DNA from: Podarcis cretensis
Taxonomy: Eukaryota
Length of the DNA: 64,000 nt
NCBI GenBank assembly: GCA_951804945.1
Contig: OX638149.1
Span: 87,668,001-87,732,000, forward strand
Reading direction: 5' to 3'
Shown here: positions 13,766 through 50,736 of the stretch, in pieces
Position numbering within the stretch: position 1 is the first letter of the stretch
How the letters are laid out: the number at the start of each line of letters is the position of its first letter
Translations under genes and position numbers: made by a program
The notes under the pieces: model-generated
Told to the model about the DNA's origin: nothing
Databases searched by the model: none
Seen by the model: the letters and a program-made list of their open reading frames with translations, nothing else

Positions 13766-14942
13766 GGCTGTGGCCGTGCCTGTGGAATTGTATTTCGTTG
13801 TGTCTGGTAGGATCTGGTAGGATCTTGTAGGTCTGCTACCTACAAGATGAATCCAGGGGGATCACAGGATAGTTGGCCATCATCACAATGCTTGTAGCAC
13901 TACTGGGGTAGTTACTATCTACTGGATTTTTGTACATATTGATACATGCACTGCTACAGTGCTATTTTTCAAAAGAGATATTGCAGCTCATCATGAACAC
14001 TCGTGTTCTCTTAGAATGGCAATGGCGCCCACCTGAGAGGTGCCAGAACTGTGTTCCAACAAGTTCCCTCAGAAAAAAAGCCCTAGACTGCTATAATATC
14101 CAAAGAGGCACATCTTTTCTGGCCCCACTGAATGCTGAGAAATAAGTGTGTCACGTCTAGGAACAAAAATATATTTAGCATTTACCATGTGCTTAGGAGC
14201 TGTTGTTATTTTTTTTATAGGAAACATAGCACCAGTTTGGGTACATTTAAAGGTGCGTGCTAAATACATTCTGGTACTTTTGGGTTTATAATTCTATAGC
14301 CAAATACTGCTAAGAACTCATATGTAGCAATACTTATTTTGTGTGTGAATGCAATTTTAAAATCTATTTCAATTTTTTTAAAAAAGTCAGGACGTGAGGA
14401 CAGGGAGGATCAGAGGACATCTATGCTAAATGTTTAAGAATTGTGGCCATGACTGTGGCGATGCTCTTGACCTAGACAACCTCCCTTATCCCCATCTCCA
14501 TCCTTAATCTGAAGGATTAGACTGTCTTTTCTGAGGCAAGCCACAAGAAGGCCTGCCAATATAAGGAAAGAGCTGTGCGTGGGAGTACATATACTTTGTG
14601 TCATTATTAAGATTTTAAGTTCTGACTTCTGGCTCTGGGATGCCCCTTCTTGTTGATAATCTTAATGAAACTGTCTTTGTTTATAGTTTTAACATTTGTT
14701 GTAAATTGCTGAGAGTTTTCACTCCCAGCAGTATATAAACTTTGTTAAATAAAAAGCCCATAATATCTGCAAACAATGGAACTGTAAGACAAGCTGATTT
14801 TAATACACAACTAGCAAATTAAAACAAAACAAACTAGTCATTTTTACTGCTTAAAAATAGTCCTAGGAAATCTTTGTATCAGGGTTGCATCAGGATCTAA
14901 AAAGAGGTATAACCCAATACTATGAATATCTATTCAAATTTA

Positions 14943-14971
<29 letters not shown>
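14943..14971. repeat. (AAT)n microsatellite
   Basis: Direct reading. Confidence 0.85.
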
Positions 14972-14973
<2 letters not shown>

Positions 14974-15424
14974 TTAACTAATTATTTCAGTGAAAGTTAC
15001 TGACACAATTGGGTTTGCTTATTTATTTATTACAACATTTATATCCTACTGTATACTGGTGCCAGGGCACCACTCTGCAGCTGACAGCTTAAAATTACTG
15101 GTTTCATAAAACTCAGGTAGTTAACTTGTCCAAGATAAAATTCATAATGATGGATACATACTGGGTAGTGACAGCGGCAAAAGGCACTCCTAAGGCTCTC
15201 ACGTGCACTCTGTTCCTTTCACGTCTTAGATATTTCAGAGCAGAGACTTTATGAGCCTTGGCTCAATTAAGGTTTGAATGGAATGCGACAGCTATAGTCA
15301 CAGCGGTGCCCCCATCCTTCTCTAAGCAGCTCTGCCTGATATCCTCACAACAACCTTGTGAGGCAGAGAAAAAGTGATAGACTCAAGTTCGCACACTTTC
15401 CCCCGAGGCTGCTTTTTTTTTTTT

Positions 15425-16330
15425 GCCGCCGCACCTTTCACAGCAGCGTTAGCAAACTGAACCCGGATTCAAAGCCACGCTCCGACGCACGCTCGTTTGC
15501 GATGTGTACACACAGGCTTAGGATTGTGCTGACTCATTCCAGTTCGGTATCCTTGTTTTAGACTGCGGAGGTACAAATGCGGAGGAGTGGGATCGGGGTG
15601 AAGCGCTGGCCCATGATAAATTGGAGGGCAGCATCTGCCCTCGATCGTCCCACCTTCGCAACCCGCGTCGTGCGCTCTTGCTCGGCGGGAAATAAATAAG
15701 AGCAACGGCCCGGAGCTTGAGCGCTTGTGTTGGAACGCGCGGGCGCTAGGACCCAGACGGAACCTGCCTAACAGTGTTGGGGAAAGGCGGCGCTAGGACC
15801 CCGGGTGCGCCGATCGGGCCTGCCGCGGCTCCCGAAGCTCGGCTGCGGACGCGCCGCTGCACATTGGCCGAGCCAAGCGGGCGGTGGGGAGAGTGGGTGG
15901 GCTGGACTGACGAGACCCGAGCAGGCAAGTAGACGTTGGTGGGAGAAGGGGGCAGGCGGGTGGGACAGAGGGGAAGCGGGCGGCGGCAGCCCCTTTGCTG
16001 CGTTCTCGCCGGCTGGCAGCACAGAGAGGGGGCGGGGGTAACACAGCCCCATGGCTTGATCTCCACCGCCGCCTCCTCTTCCTCCTATGCCCGAGCCCAC
16101 TGCCAAGCAGCCAGGCCTGTTGCCCAGAGTGTGGGGGGCAACAGGCGTAGGCAGCGAGGGTGGGTGCTCAGCACCGTCTCCTCCTTGCTGTGCTCCCCGG
16201 GGTGCCCTTGAAGCAGGAAGCTGGCGGCTTCTGCCTGGGAAAGTTCACCGCTTGGAAAGTGGGAACACACAGCAGCTGGACCCGGGAAGGGCAGGAATCC
16301 AAAGCGCCACTCGAGGGCGCGGAGTGTAGT
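15425..16330 (+). promoter_or_regulatory. CpG island / probable ABCB6 promoter and non-coding first exon
   Basis: Sharp rise in CpG density; GC boxes (GGGCGG near 15879, 15978, 16030) and a reverse CCAAT (ATTGG near 15863); about 2 kb upstream of the ABCB6 ATG exon, which is preceded by a splice acceptor. Confidence 0.7.
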
Positions 16331-17752
16331 CATAACAACACGGTGATGATGTGCTATTTTGATATCGTGCATCAGAAAGAACGAGTTAAAACCCACGGAG
16401 AGGTGTGGAGGAAGGCATCAGAAATATCCGCTGAGGATATTCATGGAGGAAAAGGCTATATCAGTGGCCCTTAAAAAAAGAAGACAAGTTTCTAGCATTT
16501 GGGAAAGTAGCTCAGGGTTTATTTGTGTATTAAAAGCTGTGGGGCAGAGGGAAGATAGCTGAGCAAAAACTTCAGTGCATTGCATCCATTCTAGTAGCAC
16601 CAGCACTGTAAATTACCGTATGCCAGCCAGCAAATTGATGCAAATATGTTTAATTTGTTTATTTTATCGAAGTCTCAGCTACCAAAGTCATATGGGTTGG
16701 GTTCAGAGGAGGTTAAACATTAATGGAACTCAAACCGAGGAGAAAGCAGTAAGGTGCAAAAGGTTATGGAGAGTGGCAACAAGGAGTCACACAGTGCATG
16801 TGTTCTCAGAAGTAAGCCCCACTGGGCTCAATGGGGTTAATTCCCCGGTTAATGTGCATACTTGCTACCATAGTTGACCTGTGAAACTCAATGATCTGGG
16901 ATCACGCTATTGTACGCACACAGTAGGCTTAGAGGTTTTGTTCTGTTTTTAAAGGATCAATTTCATCAGAAGAGTCTATCAACATCTACGGAACTGCCAT
17001 CCTAGAATAGACTTGTGGGGGGCCAAATGTCTTTGTGGCAACCCACAGCACTAGTGCCACACGTGACCCTGCCCCCAGTTTCATGTGGGTGACAAGGGGA
17101 AGGGGGCGTTGGGATTGCAGGAGAGGGAAAGGGGATGAACCCACCTACTGCCTGAAATAGATCCCTCTTTCCCCAAAGCAGCCCTTGACATACGCCCTTG
17201 ACATATGTAAACCCTTCCCATAAAGGAAGGCTATCTACTTGCCAGCCGATGGCAGATTATCCCAAATATTCCAGAGCACTGTGCCATAAGCACAGAACAT
17301 CTACACCACAGAAAGTGTCTGCACAAAAATTGCTGCAGAAGACTTAGGAAATTGCTGCAGAAGACTTAGGAAAGCAAGCCATGGCTACTGTAAAATCTAA
17401 AATTGTGAAAAAAATCCTACCTGACCTAAACTTGAGTAAACAGATAGGCCCTAAATATGAGCAAAATCTATCCACTATTCTGAAAAGAAAAATGTTACCA
17501 AGATACAGCTCCTCCCCAGGCAGCTGTCACTCTGATTTTAAGTGTGGCAGTTCTTGATGCCTTGTGCTAAGCAATTCCTTAAACTAGGAGGTGGGGTGAA
17601 CAACAAGGTGAGATCTCTGCCCCAGATACTGTGTGGTTTCTTTTGCATTTCCCTACAAAGTGTCTCGCCCTGCCTCTTTTGGTGGGGTGGCATATTGAGC
17701 AAGAAGGATTAAAAAAATGTCCAAGGTTGGTGGCTGCTCTCATGCCTGCATA

Positions 17753-17778
17753 GTGTGTGTGTGTGTGTGTGTGTGTGT
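17753..17778. repeat. (GT)n microsatellite
   Basis: Direct reading. Confidence 0.9.
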
Positions 17779-17892
17779 AGCACCCTGTGGTATGTTTACT
17801 TCTGCACTTGAATTTAAGCCTGTGAGAACATCATATGCCTGTGGGTTTGCATATATTATATATAACATATTTGCAGACAGCGTTGAAATATA

Positions 17893-18109
17893 AAGCCAGT
17901 GTGGCAAAGCAGTGTGTTGGACTAGGACCTGTGAGACCATGGTTTGAATCCCCACTTAGCCATGAAGCTCACTGGGGGACATTAGACCAGTCACTCATTC
18001 TTAGCCTAACCTATCTCACAGGCTTGTTGTGGAGGAGGAGGAGAATTATGTATGCCACCCTGAGCTCCTTGAAGGAAAGGCGGGATATAAATAAATAAAT
18101 AAATAAATA
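17893..18109 (+). mobile_element. tRNA-derived squamate SINE (Squam3/CORE-like) with (TAAA)n tail
   Basis: B-box-like GGTTTGAATCCC, body gccatgaagctcactggg...cagtcact...agcctaacct, tail gcgggatataaataaataaata; a related reverse copy lies at about 52740-52865. Confidence 0.7.
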
Positions 18110-18179
18110 GTAGCCCAAGCATATGTTCTAATCTCCTTGTTTCTTTCATCTGTGTTTCTGCAGTTCCCCAGCCGACAGG

Positions 18180-44027
<25,848 letters not shown>

Positions 44028-45383
44028 CCAAGCAACGAGAACAACTCAGCAGCTGACAGTGACAACAGCAAATCCTGCAAGGATGTGGCTTCGAAGCAAA
44101 AAAGGCAGCAGTTGCCACCTCTGCTGTTAGATTTCTGAACCTCCTCTGTATGGCATAAAGGGGGAAATGCTCAGGCACCCAAAGCACACACAAGTTAGCA
44201 GTGAAGCCATGGAGACCAAACTGGAGGAAGACTTCAGTCTGCGTACTGTTCCCAGCATGCAGTTCTTCATGAGCAGGACCTGCCCGTAGTGCTAGAGCAA
44301 CTTCAGAGTATATTCTCCAAGCTACTGCCAGCGTTCCTGGGAAAGCTGTTGCTTGGTGATCCAGGTGTATTATCAGGGAATTGCGAAAGGGTGGTGGGTG
44401 GGGGGAGGCAGGGACCAGGGCTGACTTGCCCCACTGTTCTCCCCAGCAAAATGTCTTCCCTTGCAAAGATGAATGGAGTGTGGAGGTGGGGGGCATGCGT
44501 GAACATTTGCCAGCACTTTGTATACAACCACAGAGGGAGAAGCCTGCAGAATGGCTGTGTGTGTGTTTTTGTAAGTTCTTATTTTGAGGTGTCCCGTTTT
44601 AATTTTCATAAACTCGAAAAAGTGTTTTCAGATCCCTGGATCCCGTTTCTAGTTTTGCCTGTGGGGGAGAATGATTCAAAAAGGGTTAGGGTAATGAACC
44701 CCATGCCCCCCTCCAGATGTTGGCAGACTACAACTCCCATCATCCTTATTAGGCCATGCTGGGAGCTTGGAGTCATGCTGACAACAACAGGTTTTCTATC
44801 TCAAAGGAGTTTTGGCTGGCAGGCAGATGGGATGGAGACCCTGCTCACTTCTGCACAACGGAGAGCACAGAGAGAAAGTGCTTCTCAAATGGGTCTGGTT
44901 TACTTGGATCCCTTGACTACAAGGACACTGAAAAACAAGAGGGGACCTGGAGTCACAGAGACAGGGTAGAAAGGAAGAGCAGGGCACAGAAAAATAATAA
45001 GAAATGTCTTTCTATCAGCCCAGGTAGCTGCTTTTCTGTTTGGTGGCTCTATGGAGGCCGCTTTCAGAAGGACCTAAATGGTTCCTACTGTAAAGCTATT
45101 CAGCTCCAGGCAGTCTTGGGTTGCGTGGGCAAGTGATGGTGGCCCTGGCCAAGACTCTGGGAATTCTGCCCCTAGATCTTTAGACAGAACTATCCATGGA
45201 CCTAGCGCTGGAGAGAGTAACAGACACAGAGGGGGAAAGGAGCCAATCCCTAGTTCTGATCAGTTTCAGCTTTATCTTTGCAGCGTCAGACATTAGTTTG
45301 TTGCCTTACTGCTTCTAACTTCAAGAAGGCACCACAACAACTTAAAACAGCAACTGAAGGAGGAAGCCAAGAACAGTGGCCCT

Positions 45384-45389
45384 TTTATT
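45384..45389 (-). terminator. Candidate polyadenylation signal of the minus-strand gene
   Basis: TTTATT on + (AATAAA on -), about 530 nt past the stop codon. Confidence 0.4.
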
Positions 45390-45917
45390 CAAGGGGCTGG
45401 TTGTTTTACAGCACATTCCCCATTCCCACAATCTTTCTCAGCAGAGGGTGCTTTAGGGTTTACATGCAAGAGTTCTTCAACTTTAGCTCCCAAGTAAAAG
45501 GGGTGGGGGGGAGGAAACTGCCATATTTCGGGGGGGGGGTGTTTGTGCAGCACAGTGTCTGCATTAGGGCAGCTGCTGTTCCCCACTTGCTCTTCCCATA
45601 CTTCTGTGGTGCTCTGACTTACTAGTCTAGCAATGATTGTCACCCTACTGCTTCCGTCCACATGCTTGGCCATATCTGAAGATGCCAGAATAGGCTTGGC
45701 TATATATATATTTATATATATGTGTGTGTGTACCTGGCTTCTTTTAGCTCTGGCTGCCGGAAGCGGCTTTTGAGGGTCCTGTGCAGCAGTTTGCACAGCA
45801 ACAATCCTGTCTGTTAGCTATCGCTAACGCCACCCATGTCCTCCGAAGCCAAGAAGAACCTCATGGGGTGTGGGGGAAGGGTCAGTGGAAAGTCCCAAGG
45901 CAGCACCCCGCTGAGGC

Positions 45918-46115
45918 TCAGTCGTCGTCCTGTTGCAGCTGCTGGTGCCTGCTCTGATACCACAACATGGTGGGGAGGTTCTGGCAGCCTTGGTAGCGGC
46001 GCTGGCGCTCCTCTTCCCCCAGGGGTGGCACAGAGTGGCAGGGTGCCCCTGCTAATGAGACGTCAAGCAGCTGTGCTGGGGTGCCCGAGCCAAAGACTGC
46101 AGACCATGGACCCAC
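45918..46115 (-). CDS. Uncharacterised gene, last coding exon 7
   Basis: Acceptor tctcgttccttgcag; VGPWSAVFGSGTPAQLLDVSLAGAPCHSVPPLGEEERQRRYQGCQNLPTMLWYQSRHQQLQQDDD then TGA. Confidence 0.78.
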   Translation of the reverse strand: MGPWSAVFGSGTPAQLLDVSLAGAPCHSVPPLGEEERQRRYQGCQNLPTMLWYQSRHQQLQQDDD

Positions 46116-49100
46116 CTGCAAGGAACGAGAGAGATTGCTTCACTTAAGTTTGCCTTGGGCCACAACTCAATCTGTCATCAGCATTAATGTTTATATAGCA
46201 CTTCCAACGCATCAGTGTTTCAGGTACATTATCTCAGTATCTTAGACAATTGGCCTGTAAGGATGGCCAGTAAAGCAAACTGAATTAAGGCTGCCTGGCT
46301 GGCTTCCACATGCTCTAAAAAATGGTAAGTTTCAGTGACTTCCTTTAGTTTGTTGCATCCAACCCTGTGCCATCACTTGGAATTAACCGATTTAGCCTGG
46401 ATCCATTGCACTTGATTAAAAAATCAGTTCAAACTACCTTGAATGTACACTCCTTTTCCTTTTAATGGCAATGGTCTGTTTTTGAGCAGTAAAACTAATT
46501 GGGTGGGATGTAATAAAACACACGTTTTTCTTTCCATATGTGCCATATTGCACATCAGAAGACTCCTTTAGTGCAAGCTACCTTCCACAAACTTCAGGTG
46601 TCATTCTCTAATTGTCATCACAGATGGCCTGTGTGTCAGTTACCTGAGCAAAGGTTGGCTCTGGCCATTTGCCAAGTTCTTGTTTTCAGCATTGCTGCCT
46701 CTACACCTAAGCATTTATTTCTCAGTCTGTTTTGCTGCCCAATTGATTCCCAACACTTTCCCTACACACAGAGGAGAAACCAAACTGGTTGCAAGATGGT
46801 GCATAAGATGGCTTGGCCTTACAAGGAGCTGTGATCTGCCCTGAACTTGCTGCACAGCACAGGCCAGTTTTCATCTATGTTAATTGGCTAAACACCAATG
46901 TCCCTACTCCCCTCTCCCCTCCCCTGGAACTGGGAGTAAAGCCCAGGGAGTGCTGCCACCCAGTTAGTGATCCTGCCACTAGAAGCAGCCACTTTGAACT
47001 GGAGAGACACCTGTTGCTAATGCCACCTGCCAAAAGCAATTTGAGGATGGGCTTCCTAGTCACTATTTTGAGCCTCCTGGTATTTATGTCCAGAACAAAC
47101 AAATGCATCCTTGCCATCTCTTGAGGGACCATAAATTGGTGGCAGAGCATATGCATGCAGAAGGTAGCAGGTTCGAAACCCGATGTCCCCAGTTAAAAGG
47201 ACCTGACAGCAGGCAACATGAAACCTGAGAGCCACTGCCAGAGTAGACAACATTGGACAATTAGCCTGACTCCATATGTTCCTATGCTCTGCAAACACCA
47301 CGCCTTGGACTCCGAACAAGCACGGCCCACCTTCCTTCCACGGCACTTACCGGCAACAAATGCTGGAGGAGGCACTGGTCAGGCTGCAGTCCGGCCCAGA
47401 ACTCGGCAAAAGCCGACCCACCGCTGGCGGTAGTGGTGGCAGTGGCGGTGGTGGTGCTACGTATGAGCACCACGTTGGGATGGCGCCGTGATGCCCGCAG
47501 CTTCTTTGTCAGTGGCCCCGGATAGCTCTGGTCAAGGAAGAGGAGAACCCGGCGAGCGTTGCAGCTCTCCAAGTCTGCTAGCAGCTCCGAGATGGGGTAC
47601 CGCTCCTTAGGATCTGCCTGTTGCAGGGAAGGGACAGCTCATCAGCACCTGCCCCTTGGTCACAGACACACAAGCACACCCCTCCCCGCTCCACAGTTGG
47701 GAGATCAAGGGGATTCCACTGCCTGGGAGTTAAAAGGAGCGGATTAAATGGGGAAGAGCAAGACAGGGCGAGCACCCACTGCAAAGGCCGGTGTTGTTTT
47801 CTCCCTGCAGGCACACATGAAAGAGCTGGACGGCCCTTTGAAGGGAACAGAGGAGAGGAGAGGGCTGCAGCCTCCACCTGCAGTTCTGTCAGCATCTCTC
47901 CTTCCTCCAGTCGGGCTTTCCAGGACATGCTGGGACAGGTGGGATGACCTCCTCCTCCTCCTTCACCCCACTGCCAAAAGTGGCTCACTTCCCTTTCCAT
48001 TTCCAGCCTAGGAAACCCCAAAGGAAACTTGGCAAATGGCCAAATGCAGGCCTTTGAGAAGGGCTGGTGCCGCTTTGTATGTGTGCACAAGCATCTTAGG
48101 CAGCTGCTCTGCATTTTCCTGCCCCAGTTGGGTTCACTTGGCACCCCGACTTCACTGCTCCCGGCAAGCAATTGATATTGGCTTACCCCCATGTGATAAA
48201 TGCATTATATCGTTAGCATCCCCATTCCCTGCTTGGCTAGGCAGGTGACATTAGCATCAATAGCCAAGGTCTTTTTTTTGGATGATCATGATGAAGTAGG
48301 ATTCATTCATTTAACAAGATGCATATACTGCTTGACTGTTGTAAAACCTCCAAGCGGTTTTACTTGTAAGTTAACCTGCTGCTGCTGTTGCTTCATTCTG
48401 CACCAACCTGTAGCTTTTCCCAACAAGCAACATTCATCAGTGCTTGGCTGACCACTGGGCAGGTGGCCTGTGGCTGTGGCTATTGTCACGGAATCAAAAG
48501 TCTACCTTTTTAAAAGTGAGGAGCAGTGAAGAACACCATGACAGGTTTCCTATTGGATTTCTATGGGTCAGCATATGGCTGTCTCAATTCACCTGGAGAC
48601 AATTCCTGGGCAGAGCCACAGACTCCTGGACAAAATAATATATTTAATAGCATTGCTCATGGGGACTAATTTAGACCATTTCCTCAATGTATTTCTTCCT
48701 CTCTTTCTTCCTCTGCCTAACTTACCTGGTGGGTTACTCCCCCCCCCCAATAAATTGGCAAGAGATGTGCCCCAAGAGATGATATCTCTGCTGTGAAATA
48801 AGCAGCCCCACTTTGTAACTTGTGCGGTACTGTATTTATTGTGCCCCCACACGTTAATTCACCTATAGAGGTTGTGCACCAGAGGAGGGGTGGGAGGGAG
48901 AGAGGGAAGAGGCACATACCCTTTTCTCCTCCTACAGTGATGTCATACCTGGATCCATCATGCCACCCCACCATCCTCTGATAATGCGCACCCCATCCAC
49001 CCTTAAGCTCTGGAGGGTTTTGGCTACACATGCAAAATTCCAGTAGGATTGGGTTGATATCAATAGTGGGGACAGAGGATGGGATAGAACCTTCCTCCTA

Positions 49101-50681
49101 TCATAGCTAAGGCCAAAGGGCTAAAAAAACTGGACCATTCCCATCATACCTGAACAATGATGATAGATCAGCTTGGCTTGGCTATTTTTAAAAAAATCCT
49201 CAAAGAAAGAAAACAACAGCAGGTTCATTTTGTCTCCTATACCCTTTTGAAATGTGGCCCTGGTGTTATTGGGTTATTGTACTTATTTTGATTTTATATA
49301 TTGTGATCTTTTCTGTGAACCACCCTGAGACCTCCAGGTATAGGGTGGTATATAAATTCAATCAATCAGTCAATACAGAAATGGCTTGTGATGTTTCATA
49401 ATGGGAGTAGAGAGACGAGTGCCTGGGACAGCCAATGCTGGCAGCTCCATGGACAAGTGCTGCCCTGCTCCTCTTAGACAGCCTCTCCCTCGCTTCCAGC
49501 CCTGACCCCCCACTTACAATGCCGTTACGGTTGGCATCCCACAGCAGCATGGTGCCATCGCTGGCTGCTGGGCTGTTGAGGTAGAGCACCAGCGAGTCGG
49601 CGCAGTGGAGGCTCCTGCAGACCAGGGCCAGGTGGGAGCGAATGGCCAGCTTCTCGGTGGCTGGGTGCACGTCGCCCATCTCCACAGTCACTGTCCAGAA
49701 AAGAAGAGGGAGAGAGGGATCTGCTAATCCCGTGTCCCAAAGGCCTGTCTCCTCCCTCCAACCCACTCCAGTCTCGTACACCAAAGCAGCAGTCTCCCCC
49801 ACAGACCACCCAATAATGATTGGTCTTGGCACACCACTTAATGTTTTTTTATGCCTGTTGTACCAATTGGAATACACCATGCTAGATGCTGCCTGATTTT
49901 TCAAGATGTATTCCGAGTCCTTATACATGTTTTATTGTGTTCTGTCGATTCAAATTGTAATGTAATAAAACACAAGGAAAGAAAAATGAAGAAGCATGAA
50001 AATACAATTGACTATTTAATGCGAACCACCTGAAAGAAGCTTGACCACAGTTTGGGAACACCTTCCCCGTGGCATCCGCATTCCTCCTACCGCCACTTGC
50101 TCGCTGCCACCACATCCTGCTCATCTGGGAAGGGGCCAGAGTTGGGAACAGCATGGGAATATTTGCTAGGCTCCCTCATTAGCCCACTCTGCAAAATGCC
50201 CCACAGGTGGTTTGGTCCACACCGTGCAGGCCTGTAATTTTTGCAGGGACATGTAACCCAAAGGCGAGATTTCACCAGGGCTAGATGCATTCACACCCAG
50301 CCTTTTCTCAACTGGGATGGACAAGTAGGGTGACACTCTGAAATGCAATACACCCCATGCAGAACCTTGGTGGCAGGGAGAAGGAAGTGCCAGGAACAGA
50401 GTCTTGCCTCTGAAGAGCAGCTCATGGCATCCAGACACCCCTGAGTAGGGCTGGGGGGATATATTGATATATCATCCAAAACCGGTTTCTGGCCACATGG
50501 TAATAACTGTTTCAAAATCAATGACCCAGCAATATATTGTGAATCATGTGTGTGTGTGTGCGCACGCGCACGCACGCACGCACACACATTATGCAAAAAT
50601 CACAATACTGGAAAAATCAGGAAACCACCCAGTGCTTCTGTGTCTCCCTGAGTTGAATGAGCAGGTGCTCTTCCCTCCCTC

Positions 50682-50736
<55 letters not shown>

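Noticed and set aside
17328-17373. 22-bp tandem duplication AAATTGCTGCAGAAGACTTAGG
   Set aside because: Ordinary local slippage duplication in non-coding DNA.
44289-44969. 226-aa plus-strand ORF downstream of ABCB6
   Set aside because: Non-ATG start, no recognisable motifs, includes a MITE fragment; consistent with 3' UTR or intergenic DNA.
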